A stretch of DNA of 64,000 bases from assembly GCA_035084275.1 (NCBI GenBank), contig CM068749.1, positions 13,020,001-13,084,000 of the forward strand, in the 5' to 3' direction. How positions within the stretch are numbered: the stretch's first letter is position 1; each line of letters opens with the position of its first letter. Shown one piece after another: positions 25,721 to 36,265 of this stretch. The notes beneath the pieces were generated by a model. The model was given only the letters and a program-made list of their open reading frames with translations, did no database searches and was not told the DNA's origin. Made by a program: the position numbers and the translations under genes. The stretch comes from Hydrolagus colliei. Lineage: Eukaryota.

Positions 25721-26567
25721 TGCTACATTTTATTATTGTCTTTTCTATACCATTTCCCCAAAATAATTCAGATCTTTCAAACGGAAGGTACTAACAGTTT
25801 TGTTTCAAACAGATCTGTGAATTGCATCAGTATTTTAACGAAATGGGTGACATCCTTTGTATTTTCCAAAGAACATCCCTTTCTATGTACTCTATGAAAT
25901 TCTTCTTATCTCGAAAATGCATTGCCATGTGTACATTAAATGTCATGGTTAAATATCATGCTTCTGCTTTTCCTCTCTTCAAAACTATTGCCTGCTGACT
26001 GGCTGAAGTGGGGATCACTCTCACGGTCAGTATAGTATAAATAATTTAGATGCAGGTTGTGCTATTTGCAGCTGTGAATCATGCAGAAAATATTTGCATA
26101 AATGTAACACAGAAGGTGGCAAGAATTTTGTTTCTCCAATGTTTTGGGCTTCTGTGAACCACAAGTACATAATCTCTGCTACATTAAATTACTCAATACC
26201 AGGGTAGTCTGTGAATATTGAAGACATGTTAATGACAGTTAGTACCTTGAGCAAGAGTGAGGTAACTTTTTTTAATTACAGAGCAGTATTTTTCACATAA
26301 TATGCTCTCTTAGGAAAATGGAAGCGTTTCAAAGGAGATCTGCACATCGGAAGGTTAATTTACCATTCGTCAGCTAATTCAGTAGTCTGTGCTATTGTTG
26401 CTGTATAAGCATTCAGAAACATGGTGCTGTTTCTCCGATATATCACTCGATACCAGGTATCTCTACTTAGGCCAGCTTGGGTCCGGAGTACTGTCTGTCC
26501 AGTACCTTGAGACATTATTTTGACTGCTGTCATCCAGTGAATTGTTTCTTGGAACTTACAGCACAGT

Positions 26568-26705
26568 ACCTTTACACTTATGTGGCACCTTTCACATGAG
26601 GAGGATGTCCTAAAGACCTTGACACTGTCTCAGGTCACCCAACCTGGGGGTGGAAGCCCAGGGAGATGGGGGTGGGGGAATGTGGAGAGAATGGGTGATC
26701 AAAAG
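26568..26705 (-). mobile_element. L2 3' end fragment
   Basis: gcacctttcacatgaggaggatgtcctaaag...cctgggggtggaag. Confidence 0.6.
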
Positions 26706-29039
26706 CTTCTGTGCCACTTAACAAGTACACAGAAGTCTCAACATTAGCTAATGGCTTTACAATACATGTCATAATATAAAATATAAAAGTAGGAATATAT
26801 GTAGGAATATAGGAATAAATCTGCGTAAAAGAGAGTGGGATAGTTTTGGTCCAGTAAAAACCTAGCTTTAATGGCAAACAGTGTTAGGACTTATGTTAAG
26901 GGAAACTGGCAGAGGAGATAAGCAGTGATTCGTCACTGACTGCATTTGACCGGGTGCCTGTAAAATGAAGTGCCAATAAAGAGGAGGTTAGACATTACTT
27001 GACCCATGTTCTCTTCATTCAGCAGCTTGTCTTTACACTGAACACAATCCCGAAACAAGCACCAAGTGACTGGCACCACATTACAATCACTGTCAAGCCT
27101 TAGACAAATGTAGTTCATTTAAAAATGAAGGGTTTATCAATGGGCAAATAATTGCTGAGCACTATTGATTCCTCGCATCTCACTCAACGTGGGACATCCC
27201 AGTTTGCTGAAATGGTAAACATTAATCAGAATGTATGTCAAACAATAGACTCCATTCAACTGCTAAAAAAACAGTGCAAAGAAAGACTAAGAGTTTAAAC
27301 ACAACCACGACCTGACCTTCCAATACATATTTAATCTGCTCTGTCTACATCTTATATGGTCAGGAGAGGATATATTTTTTGCTTTTCCTGTCTGATAACA
27401 GAAACATTAGCAAATTGACACTCCAGTCTGTGGATTGTCTTGAAGACAAGATGCACAAGGGTTGATAATATTTACAGAGCCTGACACAGCTTGACGTATC
27501 CTATCAACTGAGAGGTCAGGCCATTGTAATTGTAAATTCTAACCCTGAGACCTGCATCATATTACTCTATAGTCTGATTCTTACTTTGCAGCATATATAC
27601 AAGGACTACTTCGCTGCTCATGTACATGTTACAATGGAACTGCAAAATTCTGTTTTCTAAAGCTGTATAAAATACAATTTTAAAACTGCTCCCCCATGCA
27701 ATTAAAATGTAATCAAATTAATTGTAGCAATAATTGAAATCAGCATATGTATCAGCAGACTGGCTGTTGCTTTGATATAAGGAGTGAGTAGATAGTTAGC
27801 TTCCTGCATTATACAGTATTAAAACAATTCTAACAATTGTTGTTCTTGAGAATTTACTGCAACAGTCCTACAGTCCCACTTTTTTTTCCAAAAAAACTAA
27901 CTACAGTACAAAATTATGTTACTAAATGATTGTATGGGGACCAAGGCACAACTATTTTCGCATTTGCAAGATCAACTTTTGTTGAATGGATGAGTGCAAA
28001 ACCTAAGCAATGCCATTCAGAATGTTTTCTACCAAAACAATTGTACGTCAGTGTGTATACAGTATTTCAGATTCGAATGTCAAAGCTGCATTGATTACAA
28101 CCAAGATTCCTTAGTAAGCTAACCAGAAGTCATTGAAGCTTGAGGGAACTTCATTCTGACACAATTTACAATTAGCGTGCATTTTATGTAAGTCGGCATG
28201 ATAGACCTAATGTACTCCAGGTATATTAGATGTGGTCCCCATTTGGATACCATGTTAAAAAATTCCATTATGCGTATTTCATTACCACGATAATTATGGG
28301 AATTTGTCCTCAATGACAATAAAGAGACTAAAGGGGTTAAGATTGAAACACATTGTTCCCAACAATGATGCAGAATTGCTGGCTACCATCCATGCATTAT
28401 TTTCTGTTTGAATTCCCAGAAATAATAACCTAATTAACCACAAATACTATAGATACTATCAGCTGTCAAAATTGATGTTCATTTCTTCATAATGTGCATA
28501 CAAGGGAGTTAGTGGTTACACGCACCTGGGACTAGATAACGCTATTTGCAAATTACCATTTCTTAAATTCATGAAATAATTTTAAATTCTGTAAAGATTG
28601 ATTAACATTCAGTAGCAGCGACGGTTCGATATTTACACCTCTGAGAGTTGGCAGAAGCACATTATGGTGCATAAAACTGCTGGTACATCTTAATTAACTG
28701 CAAGATAATAGGAGCTGCTTTTTTCTAGTGAGCAAAGCAGTTTGGCAGTTTTTGGATATAAGTCATTTCAAAGTTCAGAGTTTGAGAGCAATCAATATGG
28801 ATAGAAAGGAGAAAGGTGTATGTTGAGTACTGAGAGCATTGAGCTCTTTGAGATGTAACAAGCAAAAGGATCTAAGAAATTTAAACACAATCGAAGAAGA
28901 AACCCATCGAAATAATTACAAGCACTAAGGAAAAATTACCATGATATCCATTGGGTTTTAACCTTTACTGGGATTCAGTGCTGGGTAAGACGGGAGAGTG
29001 ATCTAATATTTGTCAATGCATTCAATATAATCATTAACA

Positions 29040-29170
29040 CATTTAAAAGGGAATAACGGGGTATACAGGAGAAGGGGTTAGGAGGGATGGATGCTTGTAT
29101 GGAGTATAAACACCAGCAAGGCTGATTTGGGCTAATTAGCCTATTTCATTGCTGTATTTTCTATGTATTT
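29040..29170 (+). mobile_element. CR1 LINE 3' UTR/tail fragment
   Basis: ggagtataaacaccagcaaggctgatttgggctaattagcctatttcattgctgtattttctatgt resembles shark CR1 tails. Confidence 0.55.
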
Positions 29171-29443
29171 ATAATAATACTTGAATTTGAGATAGCGCTT
29201 GTCATGTCTTTTAGATGTCTCAAAGTGCTTCACAGAATATACTTTAAAGTGAATTGACTGTACATTTGTGGACACAACGCAGCAGAAAATTGCACACAGT
29301 AGTATCCCACAAACAGGCATGGATTCAGTGATTATTATCAGTCATGCAGAGTAAGGAAACTTGCTCAAGGTTTTGCTCTGCTGGGAATTGAACCCAGGAA
29401 ATTCGCTTGCAAGGCGAGTGCCCTAACCACTGAGATACAATAC
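29171..29443 (-). mobile_element. Complete short tRNA(Ala-like)-derived SINE with L2-type tail
   Basis: Minus strand has box A tatctcagtgg, anticodon-like arm ctcgc-cttgcaa-gcgaa (TGC) and box B ggttcaattcc, then body and tail ending in (ATT)n. Confidence 0.88.
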
Positions 29444-32400
29444 TATTTCATTGTCAGTGTAAAGAATTGCATTGTATTGTAAGTTAAAATCAGAATGTTT
29501 TTCATTCCATTCTGATCCTTCAAGCAAGGCTTAAGAGCAGAAGGAGTTTTCCTCCCACAGATAGTAGATTTGATTGTTAAATTCCCAGCTCAAGCAGTCA
29601 ATTACAGCTTTTAAAAGAGCTGGATGAATAGATGCTTTGAGGGTTCTAACAGTAAATAGATTGAGATAATGGAGTGATGTGTAGGGCAGAACGATTCCAC
29701 AGATGTGGAAGCCATGGAAATGCTAAGGAAGATGACTAGTCACCACGAATAATGAACGGTGGAAGCTTAGGTAGGTTTTGATTTATCATTGAGGGGATAA
29801 GAAACCAGACAGCAAGTTAGCTCAGGAGCTGAGTAGACTATTCATGCTAGAACATAGACTGTGAAGGAACAGACTTGATGGCAAGAATGTCACTTTTCAC
29901 GGCTCTGTGTTTTCTAATATCCTTGTAAAAAGTAATCTAAGCTGAATGTACTCTTGTAATATTTATGTAACCACTTCCCGTGCCTGGAGCCATAAACCAA
30001 GCTCCAAGTGTGAACACCATGATGTGGTATAGTGTACTCATATTGCCATTACATTAAGCAAACCAATTGCAGGGCTCACAGAGGGTGGTGTGTTTTAAGG
30101 GCATGGGAGCAATTCAAAAGTGAAAATAAAGGTCTTAATAAGTCAATTTACTGAGGAATAGGAAGGTAGTGGAGCCTGGCTAGAATGGGGGTGATGGACA
30201 CACTCAGAGAACCTGATAGGGCAAAGGAGACAAACTATGGATATTAAGATATCAATACTATTTTGTACTGTATAATGCAAATTGCAGATCATTCCTTCAT
30301 ATATTTTTGCATACACATTGGCCCTATCATCATATTGTCTTCCAACTTTGAGTCCTCATATCAAATTACCAGCCAAAACATATATTGCATGATGTTTTAT
30401 GGAAGAAAATATCAGACCAGCTTGATGCAATTCCATATAATTTGTAGCTGACTCCAGTATCCAGAAGCTTGTTTACAGAAAATACTTTTACAGGAGCTTG
30501 GTTGCTGTAACCCAGCCGTGAAGTTGTCAAAAACTAGAATTTGCAGCTGTTTGTAGACCACGTGTCTTGAGCAAATCAGTTTATTTTCCTAAATGAATTG
30601 AAAAGGTTAAATTCACGTTTGAAATAATGGTGGAGGGCAAAGGAAACGCATACACTTCCCCTTTCCTTAACCAGATCAGTAATGAAATACTTCATCACCT
30701 TTCAGTGCACAAATAGCTTTCCTTTGATGAATTCTCTCACGTACAGAGGAAAGAATTACCACCCGAGTAAAATGCTAACTGTCATGCAGACAAAAATGTG
30801 CAGAACTAAAACAAGGTTTCCTTAATGCTGAATGTTTGTTTTCAGAGAACAATTGGTATTTTGTGTCTTATAACAATTCGTACTTTACAACAAGCTAGCA
30901 CAAGTTTTCCATTGATCAGTTGACGGGTCCAATCAGGAAATGACAGATTTGCTTACTCTGACTGTAAAGAGAAGATCATTTTTCCATGAGCTACTCTGAC
31001 AGTAAAAAGGAGGGAATTGCTATTAGATTCCAGGCCAGGAATCCTCCAGGTGAATTGATTATTCTCATGGCTGTTTGAGGAGTTGGCTGGCACAAAAACG
31101 GCTGTGTTTGCTTACAAAAAATGTTGTCACTAGAGTTAACAGTAATTGCTGTGAAGTATTTTGGGACAGTTCAATATACAGTACTGTAATAAGCAACTAC
31201 TAGATGAAAGGGGTATTATTACAATAATAGAGAATGTCACTGGGTTTTAGACTAGATATTGTGAGACAGTTTTACCCTATTGTTGATGTGATCTTACCAA
31301 AAACCTTCTATTGTGCTGCATCAAAAACTAGCCCAGGTTTAATTTGGAAGTAAAACCTGGAAAATGGGCAGTGCACTGAAACAGCTATTGACTGAATGTC
31401 ATCAATATCCAAGTTAATAATTCATTGTTGGAAGTCATATTTAAAGGTAATTGCAATTTTAACAGACCAGAGAGCCTACGAGTATAAGGGAAGAAATGTC
31501 ACGTGAAGTGAACTGGCTTCATAAAACGTCACAGAGAGTCATATAAAGAACGTATTATAAAAAGGGAGATTAAAGTGGGTTCTCTGGTAGAAAGGAATCC
31601 ATAACAAATTAGAAGTAGAAAGACTTATGGGAGAATCTACCACAGTCAATTATCTATAAGCATTTACCTTTTTTCACACACACCATAAAGATAAACTGAA
31701 GGGCATTCCTGAATGCAAATAATAAATACAAATGGCACAATTATTCACTCACCTTGATCGCGCTCATCAGTCAGTCCACCGTGGATCTTCAGGCGAGCAT
31801 GAATTGTGTCCCTGGATTCTTATCGGGTAAGGTGTCGGATGTATCTGTCATCATATATCAATTCGGAATGTAGTTGGGGGCTCAAAAGTTGGAACTGGCT
31901 CAGATTTGCTTCCACTGTTGCATGGCTAACTGCAAAAACTACATGAACCACCTCGGTGCTTCCATTAGTTTCTTTAGAACGTGTCTAGCCCAGTGAAGCT
32001 GCTGATCAATGATTTCTGATAGGGCTTGTGGCTTCACTTGAAAGCAGAGGTTCTTAGAAATAGTCATTGCCTTAATTGTAGGGATAATCCAGGAACATTT
32101 TACAGCAAAGCTGTTCAATGGAGGAACAAGGTTCTTTTGTGGAAGGATCCAGTTCTCATAAGCGTTGATGAGTAATTTGAGACAGGGGAGACTTTGAAAA
32201 TGATCAATTAAGGTCCAATAAGGCACACCTTGCTTTCCACAAGCTCTCAAGCCTCTGGAACTGTATAGCAACAGCAACTTGGAATGTCCTCCTGAGGTCA
32301 AAGGTGTTATTCAAATGTAATTTGTTGTTTTTGTTGCATCAAAATCACATGGACCTTGTCTTAAAAAGTAAATGCACAGAAGTTTGGGGGAAAATTTAAT

Positions 32401-32567
32401 TTTCAGCTGCAGGCACTTTTCTGCAGTTATTATACAAAAACCATGAAACAAAAACAACTTCCAAATGAAAAGTGAATTAAAGAATTTTCCAAAATGATCT
32501 GAATGGACTTGGGTCTCAAGACCAATAGAATTTCAGGCCTCACAAGATGCAACAGCAACAAGATATG

Positions 32568-32655
32568 CCCAGGTTGCAAGCCCATATGGGCCCCATATGG
32601 GACAATTTGGGTTGATCCATGCCCATATGGGCCCCACATGGGCTTGCTACCTGGG
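32568..32655. mobile_element. 88-bp MITE with CCCAG termini and 2-bp TG target duplication (CMC/EnSpm-like)
   Basis: 34-bp TIRs with 3 mismatches (cccaggttgcaagcccatatgggccccatatggg), with TG at 32566-32567 and 32656-32657. Confidence 0.7.
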
Positions 32656-32774
32656 TGAGGGTACCATTCACGTAGCAATAATGTATTGGGAATGCTTATG
32701 CACATCTAGCTAAACTTGTTTTCAGTTAATGCAACTTGTGAGTGGACTTTCTGTTCATAGTTTTGTTTAGCTAC

Positions 32775-32990
32775 TGAGAAATGAGTGTCTCTCAGTGCCC
32801 GGGCCAGCAGCCCCCCAAATAAAATCTGTTACTTATTTCATGATTGTTTGTAGGGAATTCATGTATACAATATACATGAATACAATGTATATTGTTTGCC
32901 TACAAAATACGCAGTTACATTACTTAAAAAGTGTATCCTATGATGTGCTTTATGTGCTTTGATGACCAGGTGCGATATTAAGGCAATAAA
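32775..32990 (+). mobile_element. Decayed Deu-SINE 3' half
   Basis: cagtgcccgggccagc...ttgtttgtaggg...tttgcctacaaaatac...aggtgcgatatt; similar to 34000-34215 and 61625-61820. Confidence 0.55.
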
Positions 32991-33189
32991 TGGCAAGAAG
33001 TAAACAGAAATAGTTCAGTCTGCATGCGCATTTATTAAACCTACGAACTTTGAGGTTTTTACCGATTGGTAAAAAATGCTATTTACTGTGTGCTGGAATC
33101 CTTATTGGTAAGTAGCTATACAATATTCTGTAACTATTTAGTATATTATTAATATAGTATGTTTTAAAATAAGTTAATTTTTTGTGTTG

Positions 33190-33281
33190 AGTTTTCGACA
33201 ACTTGCCGCTCGATTATCCGGCATAGTCAATTAGTCGACCCCCCTCCCCCACGCATGCCGGATAAACAGGCTTTTACTGTA
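33190..33281. mobile_element. Single end of a Tc1/mariner (pogo/Tigger-like) element
   Basis: CpG-rich ctcgattatccggc...gccggataaacaggcttttactg followed by TA. No partner TIR found. Confidence 0.45.
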
Positions 33282-33649
33282 ATAAGATTAAAGCCAGGGA
33301 AAATAGAAAAGAGTATTGAATATCTTGAATTAGTGTGGTATTGAAGTAACCGGACTTATGTTTATTGGAATATGTAGTAAAAGAAAACCTGTCGTGAATC
33401 ATAGATTACAAGTACAAATTGCTCATTGACTCCACAGATAATGATGTGCTTATTTGCTGCTGTCTACTTTTCTGCCTCATCACAAATGTTACACTTTACT
33501 TTTACTGTTGATGTATCAAGTGTCTCTGATATAACCCACTATAAAAAAATCAATATCCACTCATCACGACTGGACACATAAACTAAGTGGAGAATATCGC
33601 TCTGCTATTAGCTTTGCTGTTTAACTCTCTGAGCACCACAGGCAAGTTT

Positions 33650-33762
33650 ACAACAACAACATAGATTTATATAGCGCCCTCCACACTGGACGGCATCTCA
33701 GAGCGCTTCACAATATCAGATCCCGGGACCGAGCCAGGGGCAGGGGTAGAAAGGTGACCAAA
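33650..33762 (-). mobile_element. L2 3' end fragment
   Basis: acaacaacaacatagatttatatagcgccctccacactggacggcatctcagagcgcttcaca. Confidence 0.7.
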
Positions 33763-33787
33763 GTTTATCTGTGATTTCAGCCAGACC

Positions 33788-34220
33788 CATTTGATAGCAC
33801 TTTCATCTCTGAGTTAGAAGATTATAACTTCAAGCCTCATATCAGAACGTTATGATTACACTTGCCCTCTAATGCAATGCTTGGAGTGCGCTGTATTACC
33901 TAGAGGTCTCAATTTTGGAATGAAATATTAAACCAAATTCCCCTCTGGCTGGTTAAATAGACATTAAAGATTCAATCAAACGTTCAAAAAGAGGAGGGAG
34001 TTTCTTCCAGTCTACTGGCCAACAATCCACAAATATTGGTCTCACTTTTAGCTGTTTGTAGGATATTGCTGGTGCACAAATTGCTTGTCACATTCGCAAA
34101 CAAAATACACCACAAAATACACAAATTACAAACATTTTGTAGTGTATCCTATAAAATATTTTGAGATGTTCTTCCACCTTAAAAAGTGCTATATCAAACG
34201 CATGAATTATTATGACTATT
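33788..34220 (+). mobile_element. Full-length decayed Deu-SINE (SacSINE1-like)
   Basis: Head tagcactttcatctctgagttagaag, core gaggtctcaattttggaatgaaatattaaacc, tail gctgtttgtaggatattgct...gtgctatatcaaacgca. Confidence 0.75.
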
Positions 34221-34295
34221 ATTATATTTTCATTCCAGTTTGACACTATTTTCCTTGTCAATCAATCATCTGGGTTGCAACAATAATACATTGGG

Positions 34296-34460
34296 CATTT
34301 CAATCCATGACTGTTTGTGGGACACTGCTGTGTGCAATTGGCTGCCACGTTTCGCCCACAAATTCACAGTCAATTCACTTTACAGTGTATTCTGTGAAGC
34401 CCTTTGCAGACAATGCATCAAGCATAATATTAAATGCAAGTACTGTATTATTATTATTAC
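34296..34460 (+). mobile_element. SINE 3' half
   Basis: caatccatgactgtttgtgggacactgctgtgtgcaattggctgccacgtttcgcccacaaa...ctgtgaagc...aaatgcaag...(att)n. Confidence 0.88.
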
Positions 34461-34800
34461 CTTCCATCAATCTCCAGTAGGGAACGGCGATGTATCGGTT
34501 TTTCGATTAAACCCGATATGATTTTCAGATCGGTATGCCGATATGGTGATTCTAAAAAAAACATTATATCAAGAGATTCGATCTTAAAAATATACATCGT
34601 TATATTTTTAATATCGTTCCTGGCAATATATCAATATTGTTGGTATTATCAGTGTAATGCAATCTTTTGCAGCTTACCTTGTCGCCGGCATTGCAACCTC
34701 CTAGATCTAGAGCATGGAATGCGCGTAAATTCGGTGCGCGCGCACAATTAACGGGCACGCACATCCGATGCGCGCGCACACCTTACTGTGTATACTCGAC

Positions 34801-35215
34801 ATGAGTCGTGGCGTCTTAACAAAGTCGTATCGCTGAAAATTGTAGTTTGAAAATTTACCTTTCTCATCATGGGGATGGGACTACTTTGAAAACAATGCAG
34901 TCAGTAATGGTGTGTATAGATGTACAGTTTGCAAGGTCTTGGTTAAGACATCTGATTCGAGCACGAGCAGCCTGCGACAACACATTAAGCAGCACCACCC
35001 CGCCCAGCACGCTGCCCTCAGAGCGAAATCATTGTCGACAACAGCAGGAAGTCGAACCAGCGCTTCGGAGAAAGCGACAGGTAGTGGGGCCAGTGCAGCT
35101 CAAACAATTCCTGCTTTATTTAAGAGGAGAATATTGTACCAGAGAGGGGACAAAAAGTGGCAAAGTATCACGAACGCTGTCACTTTTTGCATAGCAAAGG
35201 AAAGCTTGCCAATGG
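34801..35215 (+). pseudogene. Truncated hAT transposase N-terminus (BED zinc finger)
   Basis: WDYF...YRCTVCK...TSSLRQHIKQHHP, then YQRGDKKWQSITNAVTFCIAKESLP as in ZBED1-type transposases. The in-frame ATG at 34801 is followed by two stops. No DDE or dimerisation domain is visible. Confidence 0.85.
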
Positions 35216-35524
35216 CGAAGGACATTAATTCAGACTTCAGACTACATAAAAATAAGTGGCATTTTGTGGCTGTAAGTGTTATTTTTGTGTGAGAGAGAGT
35301 TAGAAGCCAGATTATCACTGCTTCTATGTGTGTCTAGTCAGACACACACATAGAAACTGATAATCTGGCTTCTAACTCTAACAGTCAGACTGTCTGTCTC
35401 TCTCTTTTCTATTGTAATAGATCTCATTTACACGTGGACATTACATGCTAGTTTCAAGCAAGAAATGGAGGAGAATAAATCTCAAGATTTTGTTTTTGGT
35501 GTGTGTGAGTTCTATTTTGTGTTT

Positions 35525-36265
35525 AGAGATGGAGGGAGAGAAGGAGAGGGGGAAAGTTGGGAGAGAAGGAGAGAGGAAGAGAGGAGAGGGAGGGAGAGAA
35601 TGAGAGGAGGAAAGGAGGGAGAGAAGGAGCGAGGGGAAAGGAGGGAGAGAAGGAGAGAGGGGAGGGAGGGAGGGAGAGAAGGAGAGGGGGAAAGTTGGGA
35701 GAGAAGGAGAGAGGAAGAGAGGAGAGGGAGGGAGAGAAGGAGAGGGTGAAAGGAGGGAGAGAAGGAGCGAGGGGAAAGGAGGGAGAGAAGGAGAGAGGAA
35801 GAGAGGAGAGGGAGGGAGAGAATTAGAGGGGGAAAGGAGGGAGAGAAGGAGCGAGGGGAAAGGAGGGAGAGAAGGAGAGAGGAAGAGAGGAGAGGGAGGG
35901 AGGGAGAGAAGGAGCGAGGGGAAAGGAGGGAGAGAAGGAGAGAGGGGAGGGAGGGAGAGGGGGAAAGTTGGGAGAGAAGGAGAGAGGGGAGGGAGGGAGA
36001 GGGGGAACGTTGGGAGAGAAGGAGAGAGGAAGAGAGGAGAGAAGGAGAGGGGGAAAGGAGGGAGAGAAGGAGCGAGGGGAAAGGAGGGAGAGAAGGAGAG
36101 AGGAAGAGAGGAGAGGGAGTGAGAGAAGGAGAGGGGGAAAGGAGGAAGAGGAGACAGGGAGGAGGGAGAGGAAAGAGGGAGAGTGGAGGGGGAGGGAGAG
36201 AAGGAGAGGGGAAAGGAGGGAGAGAAGGGGAGAGGAGGGAGAGAAGGAGAGCGGGAGATAGGGAG
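35525..36265 (+). repeat. GA-rich polypurine minisatellite inside the hAT element
   Basis: Shuffled units GGAGGGAGAGAA, GGAG(A/C)GAGGGGAAA, GGAGAGAGGAAGAGA and GTTGGGAGAGAA, with almost no pyrimidines over ~740 bp. Confidence 0.97.

Noticed and set aside
31783-31857. C/D-box snoRNA-like spacing (ATGATGA...CTGA) on the minus strand
   Set aside because: It is antisense to the host gene, has a weak terminal stem and shows no recognisable rRNA guide.
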